From contig NC_086097.1 in NCBI RefSeq assembly GCF_963921235.1, forward strand, positions 106,456,001 through 106,520,000: a stretch of 64,000 nucleotides of DNA, written 5' to 3'. The notes beneath the pieces are model-generated. The model made no database searches. It was not told where the DNA came from and saw only the letters and a list, made by a program, of their open reading frames with translations. Position numbers and translations under genes: made by a program. Below, piece after piece: positions 36,604-49,335 of the stretch (position 1 is its first letter; each line of letters starts with the position of its first letter). This stretch comes from Mobula hypostoma. Lineage: Eukaryota.

Positions 36604-38512
36604 ACCTCGACACTGTTTTATCACCCCTTGTTCAATCCCTTCCGACCTATGTTCGTGACACTTCTCACGCTTAAACTTTTCGATGATTTTAAGTTCCCTG
36701 GCCCCCACCGCTTTATTTTCACCATGGATGTCCAGTCCCTATATACTTCCATCCCCCATCAGGAAGGTCTCAAAGCTCTACGCTTCTTTTTGGATTCCAG
36801 ACCTAATCAGTTCCCCTCTACCACCACTCTGCTCCGTCTAGCAGAATTAGTCCTTACTCTTAATAATTTCTCCTTTTGCTCCTCCCATTTCCTCCAAACT
36901 AAAGGTGTAGCTATGGGCACCCGTATGGGTCCTAGCTATGCCTGCCTTTTTGTTGGGTTTGTGGAACAATCTATGTTCCGTGCCTATTCTGGTATCTGTC
37001 CCCCACTTTTCCTTCGCTACATCGACGACTGCATTGGCGCTGCTTCCTGCACGCATGCAGAACTCGTTGACTTTATTAACTTTGCCTCCAACTTTCACCC
37101 TGCCCTCAAGTTTACCTGGTCCATTTCTGACACCTCCCTCCCCTTTCTAGATCTTTCTGTCTCTGTCTCTGGAGACAGCTTATCCACTGATGTCTACTAT
37201 AAGCCTACTGACTCTCACAGCTATCTGGACTATTCCTCTTCTCACCCTGTCTCTTGCAAAAATGCCATCCCCTTCTCGCAATTCCTCCGTCTCCGCCGCA
37301 TCTGCTCTCAGGATGAGGCTTTTCATTCTAGGACGAGGGAGATGTCTTCATTTTTTAAAGAAAGGGGCTTCCCTTCCTCCACTATCAACTCTGCTCTTAA
37401 ACGCATCTCCCCCATTTCACGTACATCTGCTCTCACTCCATCCTCCCACCACCCCACTAGGAATAGGGTTCCCCTGGTCCTCACCTACCACCCCACCAGC
37501 CTCCGGGTCCAACATATTATTCTCCGTAACTTCCGCCACCTCCAACGGGATCTCACCACTAAGCACATCTTTCCCTCCCCCCCTCTCTCTGCATTCCGCA
37601 GGGATCGCTTCCTACACAACTCCCTTGTCCATTCGTCCCCCCCATCCCTCCCCACTGATCTCCCTCCTGGCACTTATCCATGTAAGCGGAACAAGTGCTA
37701 CACATGCCCTTACACTTCCTCCCTTACCACCATTCAGGGCCCCAAACAGTCCTTCCAGGTGAGGCATCACTTCACCTGTGAGTCGACTGGGGTGATATAC
37801 TGCGTCCGGTGCTCCCGATGTGGCCTTTTATATATTGGTGAGACCCGACGCAGACTGGGAGACCGCTTTGCTGAACATCTACGCTCTGTCCGCCAGAGAA
37901 AGCAGGATCTCCCAGTGGCCACACATTTTAATTCCACATCCCATTCCCATTCTGACATGTCTATCCATGGCCTCCTCTACTGTAAAGATGAAGCCACACT
38001 CAGGTTGGAGGAACACCACCTTATATTCCGTCTGGGTAGCCTCCAACCTGATGGCATGAACATTGACTTCTCTAACTTCCGCTAGGCCCCACCTCCCCCT
38101 CGTACCCCATCTGTTATTCATTTTTATGCACACATTCTTTCTCTCACTCTCCTTTTTCTCCCTCTGTCCCTCTGAATATACCTCTTGCCCATCCTCTGGG
38201 TCACCCCCCCCCGTCTTTCTTCCCGGACTTCCTGTCCCATGATCCTCTCGTATCCCCTTTTGCCTATCACCTGTCCAGCTCTCGGCTCTATCCCTCCCCC
38301 TCCTGTCTTCTCCTATCATTTTGCATCTCCCCCTCCCCCTCCAGCTTTCAAATCCCTTACTCACTCTTCCTTCAGTTAGTCCTGACGAAGGGTCTCGGCC
38401 TGAAACGTCGACTGCGCCTCTTCCTATAGATGCTGCTTGGCCTGCTGCGTTCACCAGCAACTTTGATGTGTGTTGCTTGAATTTCCAGCATCTCTAGAAT
38501 TCCTGTTGTTTG
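36604..38512 (+). mobile_element. Penelope-like element (Poseidon type), 5'-truncated, RT + GIY-YIG endonuclease + pseudo-LTR
   Basis: Open ORF to 38085: MDVQSLYTSIP, GVAMGT.MGP.YA, RYIDD, PFLD, YKPTD, GVIY...C..C...YIGET.RRL..RF.EH; 12-bp TSD CAGTGGAGTAAT at 36592-36603 and 38513-38524. Confidence 0.95.
38378..38413 (+). ncRNA. Minimal type I hammerhead ribozyme motif
   Basis: AGTC-CTGACGA-AGG gtctcgg CCT-GAAA-CG-TC-GACT: stem I, conserved core, stem II, palindromic ACGT stem III, GUC cleavage triplet. Confidence 0.85.
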
Positions 38513-38790
38513 CAGTGGAGTAATTGACCCCTTCTTGTTTCTAACTTCCACCCACGGAGATTCAGTAGACAATCCCTCCATGACTTCCTCCTTTTCTACA
38601 GCTGTGACACCATCTCTGATCAGCAGTGCCATGCCCCACCTCTTTTGCCTCCCTCCCTGTCTTTTCTGAAACATCTAATCCCTGGCACTCTGAGTAACCA
38701 CCCCTGCCCCTGAGCTATCCAAGTCTCTGTAATGGTCACAACATCACAGCTCCAAGTACTGATCCACGCTCTAAGCTTATCCGCTTTGTT

Positions 38791-39437
38791 AGTCATAGTC
38801 ATAGTCATAATCATACATTATTGCTCCCGGGGGAAACTGGTTTTCGTTACAGTTGCACCATAAATAATTAAATAGTAATAAGACCATAAATAGTTAAATA
38901 GTAATAAGACCATAAATAGTTAAATAGTAATATGTAAATTATGCCAGGAAATAAGTCCAGGACCAGCCTATTGGCTCAGGGTGTCTCACCCTCCAAGGGA
39001 GGAGTTGTAAAGTTTGATGGCCACAGGCAGGAATGACTTCCTATGACGCTCTGTGTTGCATCTCGGTGGAACGAGTCTCTGGCTGAATGTACTCCTGTGC
39101 CCAACCAGTACATTATGTAGTGGATGGGAGACATTATCCAAGATGGCATGCAACTTGGACAATATCCTCTTTTCAGACATCACCGTCAGAGAGTCCAGTT
39201 CCATCCCCACAACATCACTGGCCTTACGAATGAGTTTGTTGATTCTGTCGGTGTTTGCTACCCTCAGCCTGCTGCCCCAGCACACAACAGCAAACATGAT
39301 CGCACTGGCCACCACAGACTTGTAGAACATCCTCAGCATCGCCTGGCAGATGTTAAAGGACCTCAGTCTCCTCAGGAAATAGAGACGGCTCTGACTCTTC
39401 TTGTAGACAGCCTCAGTGTTCTTTGACCAGTCCAGTT
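38791..39437 (-). mobile_element. Rex1/Babar 3' end inserted in CR1
   Basis: ORF 38986-39339 nearly identical to 8-556; (GACTAT)n tail; host reads GCTTTGTT|CATGATGC across it. Confidence 0.92.
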
Positions 39438-39556
39438 CATGATGCTTCTTGCATTAGACGCATCTCAAACTATTGGTCTGAGCATAATCCTTCTCTATCA
39501 CCTGCCTATCCTCCTTCTCACACTGTTTCCAAGCTTTCTCTCTATTTGTGAGCCAA

Positions 39557-40197
39557 TGGTTAAGAAGGAATACGGTGCACTGGCCTTTATCAAACGTGGT
39601 TTGAGTTTAAGAGCCAAGAGGTAATGTTACAGCTATATACTCTGGTCAGACCCCACTTGGGAATACTGTGCTCAGTTCTGGTCAGCTCACTACAGGAAGG
39701 ATGTGGAAACCATAGAAAGGATGCAGAGGAGGTTTACGAGGATATTGTCTGGATTGGGGAGCTTACCTTATGAGAATAGGTTGAGTGATCTCTGCCCTTT
39801 CTCCTTGGAATGACAAAGGATGAGAGGTGACCTGATAGAGATGTATAAGATGATGAGAGGCATTGATCATGTGAATAGTCAGAGGCTTTTTCCCGGACTG
39901 AAATGGTTAACAAAAGAGGGCACAGTTTTAAGGTGCTTGTAAGTAGGTACAGAGGAGATGTCAGGGGTAAGTTTTTTATGCAGAGAGTGATGAGTACGTG
40001 GAATGGGGTGCTGGCTATGGTGGGGGAGGCAGACACGATAGGGTCTTTTAAGTGACTCCCTGATAGGTATACGGAGCTTAGAAAAGTAGAGGGCTATGGG
40101 TAACCCTAGGTAACTTCTAAATTAAGTATATGTTCGGCACAGCATTGTGGGCCAAAGGGCCTGTATTGTGCTGTAGGTTTTCTATATTTCTATGTTC
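39557..40197 (+). mobile_element. CR1 3' end (probable forward arm of a 5'-inverted insertion)
   Basis: VKKEYGALAFI...; TTTCTATATTTCTATG tail; abuts the inverted CR1 segment directly. Confidence 0.85.
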
Positions 40198-40499
40198 CTA
40201 GACATGATAGAGCAGGAAGGATTAAAGGGGGTAGGTTGGTATTACTGGTCAGAAGAAATGTCATGGCATTGCTAAGATAGGATTGACTCATCCACTGAGG
40301 CTATATGGGTGGAACTGAGGAATAGTCAGTGGGATTTAGAGGAGCAGAGCAGACTGTTGCATAAAAAATAAGGAAGTGATTGTATGTGATTTTAACTTTC
40401 CACATATTGACTGCAACTCCCATTCCCTAAAAGGGCTGGATGGGACTGAGTTTTTTAAATGTGTTCAGAAAAGTTCTCTCAATCAATATTTATAGGTCT

Positions 40500-41798
40500 T
40501 GTTGCTGTGGACTGTCATTTTAAGGCACAACAGAGAACTGAGACTAACTTTTGGATTTCTGCTGAGAGAGAGAGAGAGAGAGAGAGACACACAAGCAGCT
40601 TGTGGGTTGCCATAGTGACCAAGGTGGAGTTATTTGATGGACAATCGGTGATATGGTTTCTCTGCAGCGTGTTTACTTTTTACAAGGACAGTTACAGACA
40701 CAGAGAAAATGCTCAGATTCAAGATGGATTCGGTCATTGAAGGACACCAGTGAGTCAGTCGCTGGTTTAAACTTTCAGTAGCCTGGAAAGGGATGAGTAG
40801 AGATCGATCCTGAGTATTGATAAATGACTCTCACAAGTTGTCTGCAACTAGAACAAGTTTGCAGGAAGGGAAGAGAGGAGAGAAAGGTTTGAAACAGAAG
40901 AAACCTAGTGACAAAGAGGTCACTGTTTGGACTCTCTCTCTAAGTAGCCCGTAAGGGTGAGTTTGAGTTCCATTCAAATACAAAGGTGTGATTGTCACAT
41001 AGTTAATCCACAGGAGCGGGTTCTCTGGTGAGGGGAGTACCTTTGTGAATACCACTTGTGTGTTACCCCTTGTCTGGGTGTGGTAGTTCACTGAAGAAGG
41101 GTCCCCCTGTGGCAAATCACTGTTGGAGTTATTTTGTATGTCGTGGAACTGGATAAGTGGCTATCACGTTGTGTGTTTGGGGTAACCTTGTGGAATCTAC
41201 CGGTGTGTCGACCCTTGCCTGGGTGGGAGTTCCCTTGAAGAGGGTCCCCTTAGTGATAAGCTACTGTTGGTGATAATCCATATGTGGATTCTGTTGGAGT
41301 ATCCTGTGGCCACCATTTTGGGATGACCCGCAGCTGAATTCGGGTGTGGTACCACTTGTGTTGAAAGGACATTCGTTGAAGATCACTGTCGGTGATATTT
41401 CGTGTGTGGAGTGGAACAACTTCAGAGATAAAACCTACGACTATTGTTATCTTGTATTGCTGTCGTGGAATCTGTGGAATATCGACGTAATTGCCTTCTC
41501 ATAACATTCACCTTTGGATTACAAACATCTCGCATTAATTAACCTGTGCATCTGAACTGAACTTTTCTTACCTACCAATCTAAGACTGTATTAATTACCT
41601 CCTAAGCTCGAAGAAGCTTGGCTCCATTATTAATCATTGCTAACCTATTTGATATATCTGAATTTATGTTACTGTATTGTGTAGTTACTAATAAACGAGC
41701 TCTAGTGAATAGCAATATTCACTCAGTGAATACAATAGCAACACTCCAGGTGTTTCCCATTTCTTCTGGTTCTTTAACCTGTTACGGGGTACGTAACA
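40500..41798 (+). mobile_element. Solo LTR (1299 bp)
   Basis: TGTT...AACA termini; 4-bp TSD GTCT (40496-40499, 41799-41802); AATAAA near 41690; (GA)n at 40564-40587; diverged internal repeats at about 41030-41400. Confidence 0.85.
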
Positions 41799-42026
41799 GT
41801 CTCAACTAGAGTGTGATACTAGATCACCCTAAAATGCTTCAAGACAGCAGGCACCTCCTTTAAGTACCCAGGGTCTGACAAGGAGTCCTCTTGGACACTG
41901 TGGGAGGCTTGTGCAAAAATTGCAGGGGCCCTGGCAGGTATTTAAAATGCCATTAGAGAGTGGCGGATGTGCTGAAGAACCAGAGGATATCTCATTTTGT
42001 TCCATTGTTTAAGAAAGGCTCCAAAA

Positions 42027-43475
42027 ATAAACCAGGAAACTCTGCAGATGCTGGAAATTCAAGCAACATACATCAAAGTTGCTGGTGAATGCAGCAGGCC
42101 AGGCAGCATCTCTAGGAAGAGGTGCAGTCGACGTTTCAGGCCGAGACCCTTCGTCAGGACTAACTGAAGGAAGAGTGAGTAAGAGATTTGCAAGTGGGAG
42201 GGGGAGGGGGAGATTCAAAATGATAGGAGAAGACAGGAGGGGGAGGGATGGAGCCAAGAGCTGGACAGGTGATAGGCAAAAGGGATAGGAGAGGATCATG
42301 GGACAGGAGGTCCGGGGAGAAAGACAAGGCGGGGGGGGGGACCCAGAGGATGGGCAAGGGGTATAATCAGAGGGACAGAGGGAGAAAAAGGAGAGTGAGA
42401 GAAAGAATGTGTGTATAAAAATAAATAACGGATGGGGTATGAGGGGGAGGTGGGGCATTAGCAGAAGTTAGAGAAGTCAATGTTTGTGCCATCAGGTTGG
42501 AGGCTACCCAGACGGAATATAAGGTGTTGTTCCTCCAACCTGAGTGTGGCTTCATCTTTACAGTAGAGGAGGTCGTGGATAGACATGTCAGAATGGGAAT
42601 GGGATGTGGAATTAAAATGTGTGGCCACTGGGAGATCCTGCTTTCTCTGGCGGACAGAGCGTAGGTGTTCAGCAAAGAGGTCTCCCAGTCTGCGTCGGGT
42701 CTCGCCAATATATAAAAGGTCACATCGGGAGCACCGGACGCAGTATATCACCCCAGCCAACTCACAGGTGAAGTGTTGCCTCACCTGGAAGGACTGTTTG
42801 GGGCCCTGAATGGTGGTAAGGGAGGAAGTGTAAGGGCATGTGTAGCACTTGTTCCGCTTACACGGATAAGTGCCAGGAGGGAGATCAGTGGGGAGGGATG
42901 GGGGGGGGACGAATGGACAAGGGAGTCACGTAGGGAGCGATCCCTGCGGAAAGCAGAAAGAGTGGGGGGAGGGAAAGATTTGCTTAGTGGGGGGATCCCG
43001 TTGGAGGTGGCGGAAGTTACGGAGAATAATATGTTGGACCCGGAGGCTGGTGGGGTGGTAGGTGAGGACCAGGGGAACCCTATTCCTAGTGGGGTGGCGG
43101 GAGGCTGGAGTGAGAGCAGATGTGCGTGAAATGGGGGAGATGCGTTTGAGAGCAGAATTGATAGTGGAAGAAGGGAAGCCCCTTTCTTTAAAAAAGGAGG
43201 ACATCACCCCCGTCCTGGAATAAAAAGCCTCATCCTGAGAGCAGATGTAGCGGAGACGGAGGAATTGTGAGAAGAGGATGGCATTTTTGCAAGAGACAGG
43301 GTAAGAAGAGTAGTCCAGATAGCTGTGAGAGTCAGTAGGCTTATAGAGACATCAGTGGATAAGCTGTCTCCAGAGACAGAGACAGAAAGATCTAGAAAGG
43401 GGAGGGCAGCGTCGGAAATGGACCAGGTAAACTTGAGGGCAGGGTGAAAGTTGGAGGCAAAGTTAGTAAAGTCAC
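42027..43475 (-). mobile_element. Penelope-like element, 5'-truncated, same family as 36604-38512
   Basis: ORF 42458-42784 GVIYCVRCSRC.LLYIGETRRRLG (GIY-YIG); reverse complement of about 37066-38510. Confidence 0.93.
42126..42161 (-). ncRNA. Minimal hammerhead ribozyme motif, sense to the host gene
   Basis: Minus strand AGTCCTGACGAAGGGTCTCGGCCTGAAACGTCGACT, identical to 38378-38413. Confidence 0.85.
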
Positions 43476-43629
43476 ACGGTGAATGGTAGGGCATTGAGGA
43501 GTATGGTAGAACAAATGGATCTGGATACAGATTCATAAATTTTTGGAAGTGACATTAGAGGTAGATGGTGTCATAAAGAGTGCTTCAGTACATTTGCCTT
43601 CATAAATCAGAGTACTGAGTACTGGAGAT

Positions 43630-43942
43630 CTTCCACCATTCATGCTGCCCTCACCTACACCTCCTCCACGTCCCAGACATCCGCTCTCAGCCCATCTTCC
43701 CCTTGCTTTAACAGGTACTTTCCTACCTCCCCATGAGCCTCTGAATCTAGCAAATCATTCTCTGCAGCCTCTGCCATCTTCAAAAAGATCCTACCACCAA
43801 ACACATCTTCATCTCCTCCCAACTCTCCACTTTCCGCAGAGATTGCTCCCTCTGTGATTCCCTTGTCCCTTCAGTCCTATCTACAGATCTCCCTCCAGGC
43901 ATTTATCCCTGCAAGCAGAAGAAATGCTACAGCTGCCCACTC
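43630..43942 (+). mobile_element. Older Penelope fragment
   Basis: GATCCTACCACCAAACACATCTT...GATCTCCCTCCAGGCATTTATCCCTGCAAGC resembles 37550-37700. Confidence 0.7.
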
Positions 43943-45254
43943 AGAGTCAGAATCAGAATCAGGTTTAATATAATTGGCATAGGCCATGAGTTGGGAGTGA
44001 GGCTATATCTAGTCTACAGCATTGCACTAGTCTCTGTCCCTCCCAATCTCTCTGCAATTTTCTGGCTTCTGTCTCCTCCCAGAAATGATCCACTGTCAGT
44101 GCCCTTTAATCACTCAGCAAAGTTCCCCAAAAATGCACCACACTTCCATATCTTGTTGTTAAGATATCTGCCAATCTCAATACCTGCCCCCTATTCAAAA
44201 GCAAATGCCCACTCAAATCTCCCCACTTCCTATAATTAAGATCTGAAGCCCAACAGCACATGCTGCAAAGTGCTGATGACCTCCCTTTGTTCTTGAGTTA
44301 CAGAGCTTGATCTAGGAAAAAGAGAACTGGGGTAGCAGTCTTTCCTCAATGGAAGTGTGCAATGCCAAATCAGCGGAAGAAAGGCTTCGAGCCAAGATGA
44401 TGGCAAGTTCCCTACTTCTGCCCTGTTTTTATGTTCTATGGTGGGTACACAAAAATTACGAGGTAATAATTTGACTTCATGATTCTTTGTATTCTGATCT
44501 CCTAAGTGTGCAGATGATGTATTTTCTAGACCCATAACTGCACACAGTAGAGAAGTTAATATTGTGACTGTAGTTTTGTGACTGTTAGCACTGAGTGCTG
44601 TCTAGTTCACAATGGTTAAAAATATATGTTTCTAGTTTATGACTTTTAATACTGGGTATTGTCTGCTCTTGAGTTTTGACTGGTGTCAAGACTGTTATAC
44701 TAGATTTTGTCTGATCTGGGTAATGATCAGAACTGAGTACACTCTGGGACACTGGAGGTAACAGCTGGTTGATTCCACAATTTTTAGCATAGAACATTGT
44801 CTGAATTTGGGGCAGTAACCAAGTGTGCCATCTAAACTTTCAATCTTAAACATCAAAATTATGCTTTATCTAACGCAGGCATATTAGCACTCGGTATTTA
44901 GGGTCTGCATGTTGATAACCTGACCATCCATGACTGGAACAAATAATATATTCCAGGCAAAATGTTGGCTAAGTGTATTCAATTCTCCCATCTCCTCCAT
45001 TCCCTTAGTGCCATGCATTGTCTCAACAATTGATACTGGTCCACACTTTTTTCATTATGGACATGGGAATTGTCAGCAAGACTCGCATTTGTTGTCAGTC
45101 TCTAAATAACCATGGTAAGATGCTGCCATTGCTCCTGTTCTTCTGGTGAAAATACACAAACAGGATCATTGCATGGTAGATTTCAGGATTTAGACTCAGT
45201 GGCAACAAAATAATAGCAAAATATTTCCAGATAAGAATTATGTGCTCAATTCTA

Positions 45255-45747
45255 GTCACCTCACTTTAGGAAGGATATGGAAACCATAGAAAGGGTGCAG
45301 AGGAGATATACAAGGATTTTGCCTGGATTGGGGAGCATGCCTTACAAGAGTAGGTTGAGTTTTTCCTTGGAGTGACGGAGGATGAGAGGTGACCTGACAG
45401 AGGTGTATAAGATGATGAGAGGCATTGATCATGTGGATAGTCAGAGGCTTTCTCCCAGGGCTGAAAAGGCTAACACGAGAGGACACGGTTTTAAGGTGCT
45501 TGAAAGGAGGTACAGAGGAGATGTCAGGGGTAAGTTTTTATGCAGAGAGTGGTGAGTGCGTGGAATGGAATGGTGGTAGAGGCGGAGACGATAGGGTCTT
45601 TTAAGAGACTCCTGGACAGGTACATGAAGCTCAGAAACATAGAGGACTATGGGTAACCCTGGGTAATTTCTAAGGTAAGGATATGTACGGCACAACTTTG
45701 TGGGCCGAAGGGCCTGTATTGTGCTGTAAGTTTGCTATGTTTCCATG
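45255..45747 (+). mobile_element. CR1 3' end
   Basis: Close match to 39680-40197. Confidence 0.88.
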
Positions 45748-46725
45748 TGCAAATTAGAGGGAAACCTGCAGGTATTGCCATCCCCATGCATCTGAAGCCT
45801 TTCTTATGATAGTAATGGTCATCTGAACAATCGCGAGCTGCAATGGAAAACGCCAAGATGAGTGCAATTTGTAGATGCTATATACTTCATCCAGCATTTG
45901 AAGTATTCATTCTTTTCAGTGCACCAGTACTGGAAGCAATGAACATTTAAGATGGTGGATGAAACGCCAGGTAAATGACCAGGGTTGTCTTGGATGGTGT
46001 CAGGCTTCTTGAGTGTTGGTACTCATCCAAGAAACTGGAGGGAACTACATCATATTGCACATTGTAGAGATGTGAAAGGCTTAGTGGACTCAGATCATTG
46101 ACCAATCATCAGATCACCAAGCTGAAACACTAGTTCCATTCCACCCCTAACAGTATTCCCTGCTGTTTACATATTGCAAACTTCTGTGTTTACATATTGA
46201 TATAGTATACTAAGAGATTAGTTTGAAGTCCTTAACTAAATACTTCACTTCAAACACATTATTAAATTTTTGCAATAAAAATATTTATCAGATTCACTAA
46301 ATAATCAAGAATTTTTATCCTACCATCTTAGCCACAGTCAGAAGAATGAACCTGGAATGTTCTTTGTTTCTGTTAATCATCAAGATACTTTAGTAGTTCA
46401 CCTCTGGCCCACTGAAGAGTGGAACTCAGATACTCAGTTAAAAAAAACGATTAAATTAGAAAGATTAAGGAATGTTGTTGGTGAACCTTAAAACCTTAAG
46501 TTTTCTTGTCAATCAATGATCAGTTGTGGAGAAAATCTTGATTGAGAACTTTGCATAAAATATCTACTTTATGATAATTATATACATACACAGTTCCATT
46601 AAATAACAAGTAACTGCTGTACTTTAACATAAATCTGAATAAAATAACAGTTTTTAAAATTTTTAATAAACCCTAGTCAAAAAGAGATGTATTCAACTCT
46701 CTAACCAGAATAAATAGTAACATAC

Positions 46726-46847
46726 CGGAGAACTGCTGTCTGTCACTCCTATACTGCCATCAAAAGGTCCCCAGGTAGTTCCACCAGGTATTTGTTGCCG
46801 GCTGCGAATCTTTCGCACTCCATTTTTCTGGAATATTTCAAGCTCAT
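46726..46847 (-). CDS. ZFPM2: Internal coding exon of a Friend-of-GATA zinc-finger gene (ZFPM/FOG, N-terminal PR-like region); ZFPM2 best match, ZFPM1 possible
   Basis: ctctttttgccccAG|AT GAG CTT...TCT CCG|GTatgt; 122 bp, phase 1 to 0; encodes (D)[40 protein letters not shown], matching recalled human FOG2 [28 protein letters not shown]; flanking exons not found in the window. Confidence 0.88.
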
Positions 46848-48569
46848 CTGGGGCAAAAAGAGTAGATAACTATTAAAGTGGCCATAGGGTGTGCTACACT
46901 GTCATTGACTGGCAACTGTTCTCACAGCTACATTTGGAGTTATCGGATTGTTACTTGTTGCTATTCACTGCAATTTGTATATGTTAACAACACAGAATAT
47001 TGAAAATGCCTTCACATTTGATAGTTTAAAGTACTAACCAAAAACTTCAGAACTCAATCTGACTAGTGACATATCTTACTGAGTCCTTACTGGGCTTATA
47101 ATTCGTCCTTTGGAACTTTACCAAACCTTTGAAAACAAATTGAAACTTCACATAACTGAATCCAAGCAGATTTCATTTGGCTTCACATTTTACAGAAGGT
47201 ATTGACATTCCTTTTTAACATAGATAATCAGGGATAAATTGGGAAGTAGGGTCAAGTGGAACTTGAAGCTCAGCTAAGATTCTGGAGAAGAATCCAGCTA
47301 CGCCAGAAATGAAAATCAAAAATTGAAATGGAAAATATAAAATGTCAGGAATACTAAACTAACTTGTTGCTTCATTTTCAATTAGGCTAAAGGATCTACA
47401 ACAATAAATGTTACTACAGTTCCTTCTTTTAAATGCTGAGACTTCCCAGCAACTCCAGCTGTGACTGTCTAATAATCTTTCAACTCTGTATGTTGGTGAA
47501 GGAGCACTTGGAGCTGAATCTCTTGGTCTCCACATTAGTATGGGGAGTGGAGAGGAGTGGGACATGTGTGCCCTTCTCTTCCTGTGGTCAAGGTCCATTG
47601 AGATTTTTCAGCACACCTGAACTGGCAAGAAGTAAGAAGCCTAATACAGAGAGAGACTCTGGAGCAGAGGGTCCCAACCTCTGCCATGGACCAATACTAT
47701 TGGTCTGTAGACCCCTGGACTACAGGGATCACAAGCACATTTTGGGAAATGGAGGTTGGAAAGTGGAGTTTGGGAATGTTTTAAAATAGTTCTGTAAGGT
47801 TGAATATAATCCCTTCCAATTAAACTCATGAGCAATTTGCAACACAAATTGGATTTTCTTCTATTTAGCATGACCATCACATTCAAAGAAACTTTAATCA
47901 AGATGGAGACTATATGTCACTAAAATTCCATATTATCTAAAAACACTGACACTGATCAGCAATGAGATGACCTTTACCACAGGTAAAATGCAGTACTGGG
48001 ATCTCCCCAGATAGATCAATCACTGAATAAACCTACAAATGATAAACAATATTATCCTGGGTTGTGTTCAGTTGACCTGTCAAACAGTCATAATGACACA
48101 AAAATATGACAGTTTTAATCTCCCAAAAATAGACAACAGGAGTTTTTTGGAAGAGAGGGGCCAAAGTAAACATTGGCCTCTTAGAGAATAAGGTGTGGGA
48201 AACAGTTGTAGAGGACAAGGAAATTACAACTAAATTAAATAGATATTTTTAGAAGTCTTTATAATAGAAAATTCTATTGACACCCTACTAATAAGAATAA
48301 TATCAGGAATGAATTAAATACTATTATGATTATTAAAGACATAGAAAGAGGTAAAGTAGATGGCCTAAAGTCCATAAATTCCCTACCTCAGATGGCTTGC
48401 ATCCTAGGATACTAAAAAAAAGTGCCTTTCAAGAAATTGAATGCATTGTTTGTAATCTTCCAAAAATCAAAGTATTACTAGAGGATTGAAAAAATGGCAA
48501 TATAAAAAGTGAGAGGAACTTTACCAGAAAAAACCTACCATACCATACTAACAGCAGCATACCATGGGT

Positions 48570-49030
48570 AAATTTTAATTTTTTAAATCTTACATCCATC
48601 GCACAACGTGAGGGAGTAAAATTCTTTGTGTTGTGACTCCGTCGCAATGTACAGACATGTGAACTTATAAGTCTAATGGCTTGTAGAAAGAAGCTATCCC
48701 GTAGCCTGTTTGCCAGATGGAAGCAGCTTGTGGTTGGGGTTACTTGTGTCCCTGATGATCTTCCAGGCCTTCTTTATGCACCTACTGCTGTAAATGCCCT
48801 CAATGGAGGGAAGTTCACAGATCTGCTTGCTTGGCTGTTCGTACCACATTCTGCAGTGCCCAGCGATTGGTACAGTACCCATACCAGACCGTGATAAAGC
48901 CAGTCAAGGTGCTCTCAGTGGTGCCCCTGTAGAAGGTCTTAAGGATTTAGGGCTCATACCGAACTTCTTCAGTCAGCTGAGGTGGAAGAGATGCTGTTGT
49001 GCTTTTCTGGCCACACAGTACAGTCCAGGT
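48570..49030 (-). mobile_element. Rex1-type 3' fragment
   Basis: ELPSIEGIYSSRCIKKA.KIIRD.S.P.H.LLPSG (48694-48882). Confidence 0.7.
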
Positions 49031-49037
49031 GAAATCT

Positions 49038-49335
49038 GGCATGGTGTGTAGCGGTTATCGCCATCGCTTTACAGAACCAGCTGTAAGATCAGGGTCTGAT
49101 CCCTGCCGCTGTCTGTAGGGGGTTTTGTACATAACCACGTGGGTTTCTTTCGGCTGCCCCATTTCCTCCAACCTCCCTAAGATGTATGTGTTAGTGAGCT
49201 GTGGACATGCTATGTTGGTGCCAGCAGCGTGGTACAACTTTGTGCCCAGCACAAACTTTGCTGATTCGATTTGATGGAAATGGTGCATTTCACTATATGT
49301 TTTGATAAGCATGTGACAAATAAAGCTAATCTTTA
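49038..49335 (+). mobile_element. HE1-like tRNA SINE
   Basis: tRNA-like head, ACCACGTGGGTTTC core, CATGTGACAAATAAAGCTAATCT tail; sister copy 51898-52196. Confidence 0.7.

Larger units (their letters stand above)
34700..39555 (-). mobile_element. CR1 ORF2 (EN to RT) in inverted orientation, interrupted by Penelope and Rex1
   Basis: ORFs 38620-38814 (ITETW), 36173-36613 (YRPP, GDFN, TDH), 35681-36166, 34792-35427 (QHGF..GRSC). Confidence 0.9.

Noticed and set aside
36574..38085. 503-aa ORF as a host gene or complete active element
   Set aside because: It is a 5'-truncated Penelope ORF; the first codons come from flanking antisense CR1 and the TSD
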